Positions 28,431-37,440 of a DNA stretch of 64,000 bases are shown one piece after another. Within the stretch, counting starts at the first letter, position 1. Each line of letters starts with the position of its first letter. Made by a program: the position numbers and the translations under genes. Below the pieces are notes generated by a model. The model saw nothing but the letters and a program-made list of their open reading frames with translations. It had not been told where the DNA came from and did no database searches. Location of the stretch: IMG/VR virus record IMGVR_UViG_3300044646_003076. One strand, given 5' to 3'. Source of the DNA: a virus.

Positions 28431-29128
28431 CTAGATTATCAATAGCTATTCCAACATATAATTATCATGGTAAAGGTGAACAGTTTCTTGACGATCTTCT
28501 AAGAACTATCCAGATACAAACTTTTAAGGATTTTGAGGTAGTTATATCAGACCATAGCGAAGACGAAAATATCAAAAGCAAGGCAGAGGAGTATTCAGAT
28601 TTTTTCTCCGTCAAATACCTTACAAACACTGAAAAGCGTGGTAACAGTCCTGCTAACTTGAATCATGCAATTTCTCACTGCACTGGAGAAATTATCAAGC
28701 CTATGTTTCAAGATGATTTCTTTTATGATGATGAGGCATTAGCCAAGATTTATTATAATCTAGCTGGAGATCGCAATAAATTCTGGCTTCTTAACGGAAC
28801 TAATCATACGAGAGATAACGGCCACACATTTTTCTGGAATCTTTTTCCGAGATTTAATCCGAATCTTCTAACTGGAGTAAACACAATAAGTTCACCATCT
28901 GTTGTTGCATATAAGAGAGAAGTTGAAATTAAATTTGATGAAGATTTGGTTTACTTGATGGATATTGATTTTTATTATAATATGAGAGAAACTTATGGTG
29001 AACCAATTTATTATGATGATATCTTGGTAACAAATAGAATTCATCCTGATAGCATCTCTAGCACATTAAAAAACAGAGATGAATTACTTCAAAAAGAATC
29101 CATTTATTGTAAAGAAAAATATGATTGA
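28427..29128 (+). CDS. Glycosyltransferase family 2
   Basis: SIAIPTY, EVVISDHS, FQDD. Confidence 0.88.
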   Translation: MTRLSIAIPTYNYHGKGEQFLDDLLRTIQIQTFKDFEVVISDHSEDENIKSKAEEYSDFFSVKYLTNTEKRGNSPANLNHAISHCTGEIIKPMFQDDFFYDDEALAKIYYNLAGDRNKFWLLNGTNHTRDNGHTFFWNLFPRFNPNLLTGVNTISSPSVVAYKREVEIKFDEDLVYLMDIDFYYNMRETYGEPIYYDDILVTNRIHPDSISSTLKNRDELLQKESIYCKEKYD

Positions 29129-29705
29129 TTTTATTGTACCTAGTATTGGGCGAGAAACAATTACTCGTTCATTAAATTCGTTGATCCAACAAACTGATTC
29201 AGATTGGAGATGTTTTGTTGGATTTGATGGTTTATCAAAAGATCAGATTGATTCCGATCTTCTGATTGATGATTCAAGAATTCACTATCTCTATTTGAAA
29301 GAAAAATTGGGAACCTCATCTTTTCATGGTAATGCTGGAAGAGTGAGAAATAAGATTATTGAATCTATTGACACTCCATCTGAATGGATTGGATTTCTGG
29401 ATGACGATGACTCTCTTTCATCATATTATGTTGAAATTTTAAAACGACAGATGACATTAGATGAATCAGATTGTTATGTGTTTCGTATGAATAATAATGG
29501 TGTAATTATTCCATCTTATGATATGAATGAACTGCGGCAGAATCATGTCGGTATTTCCTTTTGTCTTAAAAGTTCATTCTTGAGACAAAAAAATCTTCAA
29601 TTCCAGAATGATAATGCCGAAGATTTTCTGTTTTTACAGAACATTAAAGAACAAGATGGTGTTATTAACATTCTTCCTTATGTCGGTTATTTTGTGGGAA
29701 TCTAA
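29079..29705 (+). CDS. Glycosyltransferase family 2-like (true start probably ~29120)
   Basis: FIVPSIGR, SLIQQTDSDW, FLDDDD, AEDFLFL. Confidence 0.8.
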   Translation: MNYFKKNPFIVKKNMIDFIVPSIGRETITRSLNSLIQQTDSDWRCFVGFDGLSKDQIDSDLLIDDSRIHYLYLKEKLGTSSFHGNAGRVRNKIIESIDTPSEWIGFLDDDDSLSSYYVEILKRQMTLDESDCYVFRMNNNGVIIPSYDMNELRQNHVGISFCLKSSFLRQKNLQFQNDNAEDFLFLQNIKEQDGVINILPYVGYFVGI

Positions 29706-30493
29706 TGGACAGAAACAAAGCATCATATAAACTTCAGGGATTTGGTCCGGTTTATTATATTAATCTTGATGATCAAGAAGATCGGAGAACTTTTATGGAA
29801 GCTCAGTTTAACTACTGGGAGATAAAAAACTATGAGAGAATTTCGGCCTTTGATGGTAGAAACAGTGATTTAAGTGAATATATTGTTGGAAAATATCCAG
29901 AAGGAATCACAACAGCGGAACTTGGTTGTACTCTTTCACATTTGAAAGCTATTAAACATTGGTATGAGACTTCTACGAGTCCTTATGCTATTATTTGTGA
30001 AGATGATGGTCTTATTGACATTTCGAAATATTGGAATTTTACATGGCAAGAATTTATCTCTAGAGTTCCTTATTGTTGGGATTGTCTGCAGCTGGCAATA
30101 ATCTCAACGGGGAATATTTCGGTGAATATTCATAATCGCTTTGTCAACAGTTTTTCAACTGCGGTTTATTGTATTAACCGTCGTTATGCCGAAAAGTTGA
30201 TTCATTTTCATTGTAGAGGTGATAAGTTCATCTTGGATCAAAATATTAAACCGAGAGCTGTTGCCGACGATTTAATCTATAATGGTGGTCTGACATTTTC
30301 AACACCTTTATTTCTTTATGAGTTGCGTCTTGGTAGTTCTATTCACGATGAACATATTGAGGTGTTTCATAAAAATTCTTATAATGGAGTTCTTGCTTTC
30401 TGGCAGAATGAAGGAAAGGAACTAACAGTAGATCAGATCACTAATTTTGATCCTTACTTCAATAAGATCAGTAATCCAACTCCGACCGAGTGA
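29705..30493 (+). CDS. Glycosyltransferase family 25-like
   Basis: YINLD...RR, GCTLSHLKAI, IICEDD. Confidence 0.85.
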   Translation: MDRNKASYKLQGFGPVYYINLDDQEDRRTFMEAQFNYWEIKNYERISAFDGRNSDLSEYIVGKYPEGITTAELGCTLSHLKAIKHWYETSTSPYAIICEDDGLIDISKYWNFTWQEFISRVPYCWDCLQLAIISTGNISVNIHNRFVNSFSTAVYCINRRYAEKLIHFHCRGDKFILDQNIKPRAVADDLIYNGGLTFSTPLFLYELRLGSSIHDEHIEVFHKNSYNGVLAFWQNEGKELTVDQITNFDPYFNKISNPTPTE

Positions 30494-30542
30494 CAATTCG
30501 TAAACTGGACCGCTTGACAAACGGTTGTTCCTATGCTACGGT
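30490..30542 (+). promoter_or_regulatory. Dyad element plus TTGACA and extended -10
   Basis: GTGACA-N7-AACTGGACC, TTGACA, TGCTACGGT. Confidence 0.6.
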
Positions 30543-30600
30543 GTACCCGAACCTCAAAAGTTCAAACTAAATACTTATTCGTAATGAATGAGTGAAATCT

Positions 30601-30662
30601 AAGAGCCGTGGATGTTGGCCTTCTGGGAAGTTGGCAGTGACACTTCATCTAACACGGATGCC
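30601..30662 (+). ncRNA. Candidate structured RNA in the rlpA leader
   Basis: CCGTG/CACGG and GATG/CATC nested stems with inner GCC-TTC...GAAG..GGC hairpin; GC-rich patch in an AT-rich intergenic region; late promoter at 30568. Confidence 0.4.
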
Positions 30663-30679
30663 GAATTCTATTCAAATTA

Positions 30680-31147
30680 ATGCTTTTTAACAAAACAATT
30701 TCAACTCTTCTTGCTTGTGGTATGGTTGGAGCCGCAACGATGACTCCCACAATTTCACAAGCAATTTCAGTATCTACCTACATCCCCGAGCAATACACTC
30801 AGGATTCTAAATGGGAGAAAAGATTTACACCACAACAACCAACTTATAAAGTTCCTCTCGCTAGTGTTTATTTTGGTCAAGCAAGTTGGTATGGTCCTGG
30901 ATTTTATGGTAACCGAACTGCCAATGGTGAAGTGTATCGTCCAGGAAGAATGACAGCGGCACATAAATATCTGCCATTCGGAACTCGCGTAAGAGTAACT
31001 AACCGTTATAATGGTAGAAGTGCTATCGTTAGAATCAATGATCGTGGTCCCTATGTGGGTGGTCGTGTTATTGATCTTTCTGAAGCTGCAGCTAATGTTC
31101 TAGGTGTTGATGGTGTTGCATCTGTAAAACTGGAAGTGTTGGATTGA
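30680..31147 (+). CDS. rlpA: RlpA-like lytic transglycosylase (DPBB domain)
   Basis: GQASWYG, TANGE, TAAHKYLPFGT, RINDRGP, RVIDLS. Confidence 0.93.
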   Translation: MLFNKTISTLLACGMVGAATMTPTISQAISVSTYIPEQYTQDSKWEKRFTPQQPTYKVPLASVYFGQASWYGPGFYGNRTANGEVYRPGRMTAAHKYLPFGTRVRVTNRYNGRSAIVRINDRGPYVGGRVIDLSEAAANVLGVDGVASVKLEVLD

Positions 31148-31148
31148 G

Positions 31149-31604
31149 ATGTTTTATCAAATAGAAGACGTAAAATTTATTGAACCTGATTATTATCAGG
31201 TCTTTACTGAAAACCGAAACAAATTTAATCAATTCAATGGTTATCGCAACAACTGCGCTAACACCGTAAAAACTTATCTTTCTCTTATTGGTCTGGATAC
31301 ATCAAAAGTGACTGCCTGGGCGGATACTGTTCGCAATCTTGGTCAAGTTCTTTATGATCCAGATAAACTTCAAGAAGGTGATGTTGTTGCAATGGGCCGC
31401 CCCGGCAATACTTGGCATGTGGGAGTTTATTTGGGAGAAGGAAAGATTCTTCATCAATCTGCGATGAGAGGTTATGTTGTTGGAGCATTCAAAGATCTCA
31501 ATGCCTTCATTCGTGATCGCCGAGGCTTTTATATCGTAAGACCTTATAATTCTTATAATGACATCTTACAAGGTCAATTTTACTTATTTCCCCAACTAAC
31601 ATAA
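31149..31604 (+). CDS. NlpC/P60-like cysteine amidase/peptidase
   Basis: NNCANTV, LQEGDVV, WHVGVYLGEGKILHQ. Confidence 0.75.
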   Translation: MFYQIEDVKFIEPDYYQVFTENRNKFNQFNGYRNNCANTVKTYLSLIGLDTSKVTAWADTVRNLGQVLYDPDKLQEGDVVAMGRPGNTWHVGVYLGEGKILHQSAMRGYVVGAFKDLNAFIRDRRGFYIVRPYNSYNDILQGQFYLFPQLT

Positions 31605-32099
31605 ATGAAAGAAGCAACATTATATACGATTAATACTACTAAAGTAATGATTGTTCGGGATGATTATGTCACAGTTTCTGGTTGTAATCCTGTAGATTTA
31701 ACAAAATGTGCTAAAGTGGGCATTGGTGAATTTCTAATCGCTCCCATGTATTCTAAAATTGATTTGCCACTTTATAGAATTAACAGAGTAATACAACCCA
31801 CACAACCATTCATTAACTCGTGTCCTAGTGATATCCCAAAAACTAAAGAATTTTTTATTGCAATTGAACCAGCTCTCGCCGAAATTTTAGAAGCACCTTA
31901 TTCTAGTAAGATGTCCCGTATATCAAATGAGTTATTTAAAATTGAAGAGCAGTACAAAAAATCCACTGAAGAATGTGAATTTTGGAAGAGTGAGTGTGAA
32001 AGAATTAAAACACAAGCACATGGAGAAATTGAAGCTCTTAAAAACCAATCACTTAAACAAAAACTCGTTTCTTTAGTGAGACAGATTTTCAATAAATAA
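31605..32099 (+). CDS. Hypothetical protein with C-terminal coiled coil
   Basis: Packed ORF. Confidence 0.6.
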   Translation: MKEATLYTINTTKVMIVRDDYVTVSGCNPVDLTKCAKVGIGEFLIAPMYSKIDLPLYRINRVIQPTQPFINSCPSDIPKTKEFFIAIEPALAEILEAPYSSKMSRISNELFKIEEQYKKSTEECEFWKSECERIKTQAHGEIEALKNQSLKQKLVSLVRQIFNK

Positions 32100-32111
32100 G
32101 AAAAACGCTTC

Positions 32112-32405
32112 TTGTTTATGATCGGCTTTATTACGAAGGATGGATATGCAGCAGTTCCTTATGGTAAACAATTAATGATAATTTTTAACAACGAACAGTT
32201 AGAAGTTGTTAAGACGATTAAACAAGCAGAGTTATTCATCAATAATCATAAAGCCGGTCCACAAACTGCCACACCAAAACTCAGAACACCTAAAAAATCT
32301 GCTATGGTAGACGCTACTGATATAAAAACTCAAAATGGAAAAGAAAAGAGTAGTAAAATTAAGACAAGCAAAAGCAACTCAAGACGAAGTAAAAAACTTG
32401 TGTGA
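32112..32405 (+). CDS. Conserved cyanophage hypothetical protein
   Basis: GFITKDGYAAVPYGKQLMII; TAAATA at 32093. Confidence 0.7.
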   Translation: MFMIGFITKDGYAAVPYGKQLMIIFNNEQLEVVKTIKQAELFINNHKAGPQTATPKLRTPKKSAMVDATDIKTQNGKEKSSKIKTSKSNSRRSKKLV

Positions 32406-32688
32406 GTTCTTGAATATGATTGATGAAGTTCTACATTTAAGAACATACACGAGCGAAGACGAAGAAACAGAAAAAATTCCAACAAATGATAGATTCGTAG
32501 AACTTATTGAACAGTTTTGGTGTGGTGATCTTATTAATATAACAACTGGAATCAGTAATTCATGGAGAAGAATTGTCTTTGGATATGTGACACTTTTTGA
32601 CAATGCATGTGATCCAAATTCTGAATTTCTAGAGTGGAGAGAAGACATCGCGGAATTTCTTGAGAATAAAAATGACGATACCAATTGA
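32335..32688 (+). CDS. Hypothetical protein
   Basis: Packed ORF. Confidence 0.6.
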   Translation: MEKKRVVKLRQAKATQDEVKNLCEFLNMIDEVLHLRTYTSEDEETEKIPTNDRFVELIEQFWCGDLINITTGISNSWRRIVFGYVTLFDNACDPNSEFLEWREDIAEFLENKNDDTN

Positions 32689-32875
32689 AGAATATCACGC
32701 TCTTTCTAATACCATGAGACTTCTTTATGAACTCGTTGATCCCAAAAAATCTCCTGATGTTCCTAAAAATATTAGAAACAAAGCTGCTCTTTGTCTGAGA
32801 CATTTTCCAACACCGGTAAGACTTGACGAGATTTACCAATCCGAATCTTACAATAAAATTCCAAAGAGATACTAA
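32660..32875 (+). CDS. Conserved phage hypothetical protein
   Basis: LVDPKKSPDVPKNIRNKAALCLRHFP. Confidence 0.7.
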   Translation: MRIKMTIPIEEYHALSNTMRLLYELVDPKKSPDVPKNIRNKAALCLRHFPTPVRLDEIYQSESYNKIPKRY

Positions 32876-32876
32876 A

Positions 32877-33038
32877 ATGGAATTTCTTTTAGCAACAACT
32901 ATTACCTGTGCTCATCTTAATGCCATTCTGATTCGTTTATATCGGAATTTGGATCTAACACCGATTCAGAAAATGGAAGTCGCTAAAGAATTAAAAAGCT
33001 ACATCAAAATCTGTCCTATAGAAATCAAAAAAGACTGA
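32877..33038 (+). CDS. Small cyanophage hypothetical protein
   Basis: MEFLLATTITC...QKMEVAKEL...CP. Confidence 0.6.
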   Translation: MEFLLATTITCAHLNAILIRLYRNLDLTPIQKMEVAKELKSYIKICPIEIKKD

Positions 33039-33286
33039 TGAACTCACTCTACTATTATGGCCTTCTGTCAGTATTCTGTGTTGTTGTCTATATGATGGTA
33101 GTAGATAAAAACGTGGCGGATTATATAGTTCTTATGTTTAAGCTTTTTCTTATTAATGTTGAAAGATTAAAGTGGCTGATCATTCATCATCCTAAAAATC
33201 CTATTACGAGATGGTGGATGGATCGTAAGTTCAAAAAGTTTATCAAAGAGATGCAGGACACTTCACAAACTGGTCCATCTGAGTGA
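33038..33286 (+). CDS. Conserved cyanophage membrane protein
   Basis: TM helix then DKNVADY...HPKNPITRWWM. Confidence 0.7.
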   Translation: MNSLYYYGLLSVFCVVVYMMVVDKNVADYIVLMFKLFLINVERLKWLIIHHPKNPITRWWMDRKFKKFIKEMQDTSQTGPSE

Positions 33287-33312
33287 GTTCCGGATCTGTT
33301 CTGTGCTACTAT
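33255..33312 (+). promoter_or_regulatory. Dyad element plus extended -10 promoter
   Basis: AGGACA-N7-AACTGGTCCA then TGTGCTACTAT. Confidence 0.55.
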
Positions 33313-33320
33313 GAACACAG

Positions 33321-33932
33321 TTGAGCAAAACCATGACTGATAGTTTTGATATGAGCGGTCTTCTTGATCGCATCAATAAGATCAAAAAAGAAGGAGAAAA
33401 ATCAACCGAATTTACTCTAGAATGCTTACAATGTCTTCTTGAACGCCACGATCTAAAATATTCTATTCATCTCGATTTTGAAGTTGTTGATGTTCCTTTT
33501 GTTATTCTAGAATCTCTAAGACAAGGAATTCTACCATCAAAAGAACAGATTTGTCTACTAGATGATGAAGTTCAATCTAACTTTATTGCCGAAATGATCT
33601 GGGTTTGTGGAATGAATACCATTTCTTATTATACCAGAGACATTCCACCAGATGAAGATGGAGAAACAGTTCTTGATCAGTTTTTGGTAATGTTGGAAGT
33701 TAGTGAAAGTCATTTTATTGGATGTTATTTAATCTCAGCCTTGACGCTTCTTATGGGAAATATTCCATCCATTGAGATGATTGAAACCATTACAGATAAC
33801 TTCAACAACAACCCACAACATATAGCAAAAAGTCTAGAAATTTTCTATGAATTCATCAGAGCGATTCACTCTCGATGGAAAGAAGATAAACTCAACTATG
33901 AATCATTCACACAAAATTTTAAAGAGGTATAA
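33321..33932 (+). CDS. Hypothetical protein
   Basis: 203-aa packed ORF. Confidence 0.6.
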   Translation: MSKTMTDSFDMSGLLDRINKIKKEGEKSTEFTLECLQCLLERHDLKYSIHLDFEVVDVPFVILESLRQGILPSKEQICLLDDEVQSNFIAEMIWVCGMNTISYYTRDIPPDEDGETVLDQFLVMLEVSESHFIGCYLISALTLLMGNIPSIEMIETITDNFNNNPQHIAKSLEIFYEFIRAIHSRWKEDKLNYESFTQNFKEV

Positions 33933-33934
33933 AA

Positions 33935-34147
33935 ATGGCGCTATCAAATTCTGTTAATGAGAGTCTAGATGAGGCTCAATCACAACTTAAGAATGCATTG
34001 GCCTATGCTGCTCGTCAAGAAGCACCTTATGTAATGGTCGGTATCGCTAGAATTATCCATGAAATTGATACGATTAAAAAGACAGATTCTGCGCATGAGC
34101 AACTTCAAAAATTTATTAATCAAATTAATCCTGACATTCAACTTTGA
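33935..34147 (+). CDS. Conserved cyanophage hypothetical protein
   Basis: MALSNSVNESLDEAQSQLKNALAYAARQE. Confidence 0.7.
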   Translation: MALSNSVNESLDEAQSQLKNALAYAARQEAPYVMVGIARIIHEIDTIKKTDSAHEQLQKFINQINPDIQL

Positions 34148-34569
34148 TTCTTTTTCTTCTACCTATCCGTATTCGTGAAGAGATGACACTAAATCCAAAC
34201 ACACCAACAAAAGCTCTAGAACAACTAGCGACCGATGAGGATTCTTGGGTTCGTTGTTGTGTAGCACTAAACCCAAACACACCACCAGAAGCTCTAGGAC
34301 AATTAGCGACTGATGAAAATCCTAATGTTCGTTATTGGGTAGCAGAAAACCCAAACACACCACCAGAAGCTCTAGGACAATTAGCGACTGATAAGAATCC
34401 TTATGTTCGTTATTGGGTAGCAGAAAACCCAAACACACCAATAAAAATCCTAGAACAACTAGCTACCGATAAGGATTCTCTGGTTCGTCGTGGTGTTGTA
34501 CAAAATCCAAACGCACCTCACTATCTCAAGAAGTATCTTAAAATTCAAGAACAACTGGCGATGTTATGA
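34144..34569 (+). CDS. LRV/HEAT-like repeat protein E (4 repeats plus C-cap)
   Basis: 78-nt repeats; TTGA overlap with the upstream stop. Confidence 0.88.
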   Translation: MILFLLPIRIREEMTLNPNTPTKALEQLATDEDSWVRCCVALNPNTPPEALGQLATDENPNVRYWVAENPNTPPEALGQLATDKNPYVRYWVAENPNTPIKILEQLATDKDSLVRRGVVQNPNAPHYLKKYLKIQEQLAML

Positions 34570-35051
34570 ACAAATTTGAACAAGCTGGAGATCCAAACAC
34601 TCAACCAAAAACCCTAGAACAACTAGCGACTGATGAGGAATATTTGGTTCGTTGTTGTGTAGCAAATAATCCAAACTCTTCACCCAAAACTCTAGAGCTT
34701 CTAGCGACCGATGAGGATTATCGTGTCCGTATTGTTGTAGCAGAAAATCTAAACACTCCACTAGAAATCCTAGAACAACTGGCAACCGATGAGAATTCTG
34801 GTGTTCGTTATAATATAGCAAATAATCCAAACACACCACCAAAAGCCCTAGAACAACTAGCGACCGATAGGTATTATGAGGTTCGTTGGAGGGTAGCATG
34901 TAATCAAAACATTCCACCAAAAGCTCTAGAACAACTAGCGACCGATGGGAATTGGGATGTTCGTTGTGAAGTAGCACTAAACCCAAACACACCACATTAC
35001 ATCAAAAAGTATATTAAAATTAAACAATACCTATCATGTCTACATTTTTAA
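34566..35051 (+). CDS. LRV/HEAT-like repeat protein F (5 repeats plus C-cap)
   Basis: MNKFEQAGDPNT N-cap; 3' end overlaps the glutaredoxin start. Confidence 0.9.
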   Translation: MNKFEQAGDPNTQPKTLEQLATDEEYLVRCCVANNPNSSPKTLELLATDEDYRVRIVVAENLNTPLEILEQLATDENSGVRYNIANNPNTPPKALEQLATDRYYEVRWRVACNQNIPPKALEQLATDGNWDVRCEVALNPNTPHYIKKYIKIKQYLSCLHF

Positions 35052-35275
35052 TTTATTCAAAACCCGGTTGTCCTTATTGTGTTAAAATTAAACAGGTAAT
35101 GGACCTCAAGGAACTAAAACATGTTCTTTATACTCTAGATCAAGATTTCACTAAAGAAGAGTTTTACAATAAATTCGGCAATGGATCAACCTTCCCTCAG
35201 GTAGTCTATAATGATCAAAATCTCGGTGGTTGTGTTGACACGATCAAATATTTAAAAGAAAATAATATAATCTAA
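35036..35275 (+). CDS. Glutaredoxin
   Basis: CPYC active site; TFPQV; LGGC. Confidence 0.93.
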   Translation: MSTFLIYSKPGCPYCVKIKQVMDLKELKHVLYTLDQDFTKEEFYNKFGNGSTFPQVVYNDQNLGGCVDTIKYLKENNII

Positions 35276-35638
35276 ATGGATGAAATTTATTACGATCTCC
35301 AACAGGCAATTGATTTTGCTTTCGTACAAAATAAGTATGTACTAAATTCTTTTTCTTATTTGAAAGTCAAAGATGTAAGACGAGTTGATGCACAAGAATT
35401 GTTAAGATCATCTTTAGTGCAGGAACTATACTCCTATATCAATGATCTTAATCTTTATCTGAAGAATAGTCAAGATCCAGATGTTCTTTATGCAGAAGAA
35501 GCTTATGGTTTTCTTACCAAAGCCGATGCCAAAAGAATTTCTACTTATTTTGATAACATTATAGAAGGAATAAAAAAGTACATTCAAGAGAGAAAAGGTG
35601 CAACAAAAAAACCAAAACCCAGAACCAAATCTAAATAA
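35276..35638 (+). CDS. Conserved cyanophage hypothetical protein
   Basis: AIDFAF...EAYGFL...A.RI pattern. Confidence 0.7.
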   Translation: MDEIYYDLQQAIDFAFVQNKYVLNSFSYLKVKDVRRVDAQELLRSSLVQELYSYINDLNLYLKNSQDPDVLYAEEAYGFLTKADAKRISTYFDNIIEGIKKYIQERKGATKKPKPRTKSK

Positions 35639-35792
35639 AGTTGACAGGGGTTTAGTTTTCATGCTCCAACCCAAGCAAAAGGAGGGCTCAATCTTTAGCT
35701 TAGTATGGTACAAGATGGTCGCTCTTTTCAACAAGGAATACCATCTTCGTTTTGAGTTTCAAGTTAAACCAAAAGGAGGATTAAACAAATGA
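35598..35792 (+). CDS. Hypothetical protein
   Basis: LNKVDRGLVFM pattern, packed. Confidence 0.55.
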   Translation: MQQKNQNPEPNLNKVDRGLVFMLQPKQKEGSIFSLVWYKMVALFNKEYHLRFEFQVKPKGGLNK

Positions 35793-36031
35793 TTACGTTC
35801 GCAATAATCACACTTAGTATTCTTGTTCTTGTTGCATTCTTGGGTATCGGCGTTATCACAGGTTATCTTGTTCGCCAATATTTTGAAGAGAATAAACCAG
35901 TTTATGCTACACATCCCGAATTATGGGATAGAGAAACCGGAAGACTTATTGTAGATTCAGAAATTCTGGCTATTAGAGTTGAAAACGAAAGCGGTGTTGA
36001 AATCGCTCCTGACGAATTAGAAGATGTTTGA
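35789..36031 (+). CDS. Single-TM cyanophage hypothetical protein
   Basis: TM helix then THPELWD...ILAIRVEN. Confidence 0.7.
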   Translation: MITFAIITLSILVLVAFLGIGVITGYLVRQYFEENKPVYATHPELWDRETGRLIVDSEILAIRVENESGVEIAPDELEDV

Positions 36032-36043
36032 AAATAAACAATT

Positions 36044-36607
36044 ATGACAACAGAAACAACAACAAAACCAAAGACTACCAGAGCTAAACCGATTGAAAAG
36101 CTCTCATCTAATCCTTTCATGTTTGAGATTTTAGATCTGGTTATTAAGCAAAAAACAAAAGCTAAAAAAATTGAAGTTTTAAATGAATATCGTTATGATG
36201 GAATGCTGATGATCTTTCTGTGGAATTATGTTCCAACACTGGAGTCCGCTCTGCCTCCTGGAGATGTTCCCTACTCAACACTGAAGGAGTTGGAGCTGGG
36301 TAACGACACGCTCTCAGAGACCGTCAGAAAGCAGATTGACGCGGATCAGATGGTGGACGCTCTAGGATCCAACATGAGAACCAGCATTCGTAGAGAGCAT
36401 CAGATTTTTTACAACTTTCTTAAAGGTGGTAATCCAAGTCTGGCTAGTATCCGAAGAGAGACAATGTTTATCAATCTTCTAGAAGGTCTTCATCCGAGAG
36501 AAGCTGAAATTCTTATTCTTACAAAAGATAAGAGACTTACCGACAAGTATCCTATTCCTTTTGAACTTCTTCGTGAAGCTTATCCTGATGTGAAGTGGGA
36601 CCGATGA
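36044..36607 (+). CDS. Conserved T4-like cyanophage hypothetical protein
   Basis: LPPGDVPY...RRETMFINLLEGLHPREAEIL. Confidence 0.75.
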   Translation: MTTETTTKPKTTRAKPIEKLSSNPFMFEILDLVIKQKTKAKKIEVLNEYRYDGMLMIFLWNYVPTLESALPPGDVPYSTLKELELGNDTLSETVRKQIDADQMVDALGSNMRTSIRREHQIFYNFLKGGNPSLASIRRETMFINLLEGLHPREAEILILTKDKRLTDKYPIPFELLREAYPDVKWDR

Positions 36608-36909
36608 TGTGGACTGAAGAAGAGAGAAAAAGTGTTCCTTCTCAATATAATTGTGAACTTCTTTTTCATAATGCCAATGATGATCAACTAAAGAATCCAG
36701 AGCTTCCGAGTGATGCCTATATTGTAGAGTATAATACAGATAGTGGTTCTTTTATTGATCTTTGTAGATCTAGTAAAATGTCTAATATCTTTGATTTATA
36801 TTATGATAAAGTGGGCAATAACATCCGCCGCATTGATTTTGGTTATGGGCGGATGAATCCAAGACTTTGGGGTAACCCAGTTCCAGAACAGAAGAAGAGA
36901 AAAAGATGA
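36595..36909 (+). CDS. Conserved cyanophage hypothetical protein
   Basis: LPSDAYIVEY...IFDLYYD...FGYGRMNPRLWG. Confidence 0.7.
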   Translation: MGPMMWTEEERKSVPSQYNCELLFHNANDDQLKNPELPSDAYIVEYNTDSGSFIDLCRSSKMSNIFDLYYDKVGNNIRRIDFGYGRMNPRLWGNPVPEQKKRKR

Positions 36910-37094
36910 GTGAAGGATTTAATAAACTAAGAGTTAATATTAACAAAGACGAGTTCAATAAGATTATCCGAAAATATAAAAACGCAAAACGTTATATGAA
37001 ATCTGGAATTTTTGCTGTTAGAACGATGAACGGAACAGAAGAATATATTTCTGGTCTTCTCAAAGAAACCGACAATCCTTCACTAATGAATTAA
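36906..37094 (+). CDS. Hypothetical protein
   Basis: MSEGF...YMKSGIFAVRTMNGTE. Confidence 0.65.
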   Translation: MSEGFNKLRVNINKDEFNKIIRKYKNAKRYMKSGIFAVRTMNGTEEYISGLLKETDNPSLMN

Positions 37095-37421
37095 ATGGGT
37101 AAGCATTATCTACTGAATCTTTATGGTTGTGATCCACTTCTTCTTAATGATATGGATTTTGTTGTTAAGATGTTGTCTGATGCAGCTTTATTTTGTAATG
37201 CGACTATATTAAATGTTGCATCGCATAAGTTTGAGCCTTGTGGTCTTACAGTAGTTTTAATGCTTGCCGAATCGCATATTAGTATGCATACATGGCCCGA
37301 TAGACATACCGCAGCGTGTGATGTTTATACTTGTTCTAAGACCGATCCAAAGATTGGATGTGATTTTATTATTGAAAAACTTCGTCCAATTAAAAACGAT
37401 TTGATCTTTATTCAGAGATAA
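37095..37421 (+). CDS. speD: S-adenosylmethionine decarboxylase-like proenzyme
   Basis: GKHYLLNLYGC; MLAESHISMHTWP self-cleavage site; DVYTC. Confidence 0.92.
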   Translation: MGKHYLLNLYGCDPLLLNDMDFVVKMLSDAALFCNATILNVASHKFEPCGLTVVLMLAESHISMHTWPDRHTAACDVYTCSKTDPKIGCDFIIEKLRPIKNDLIFIQR

Positions 37422-37440
37422 CTTATTGAGCTATTTTATT

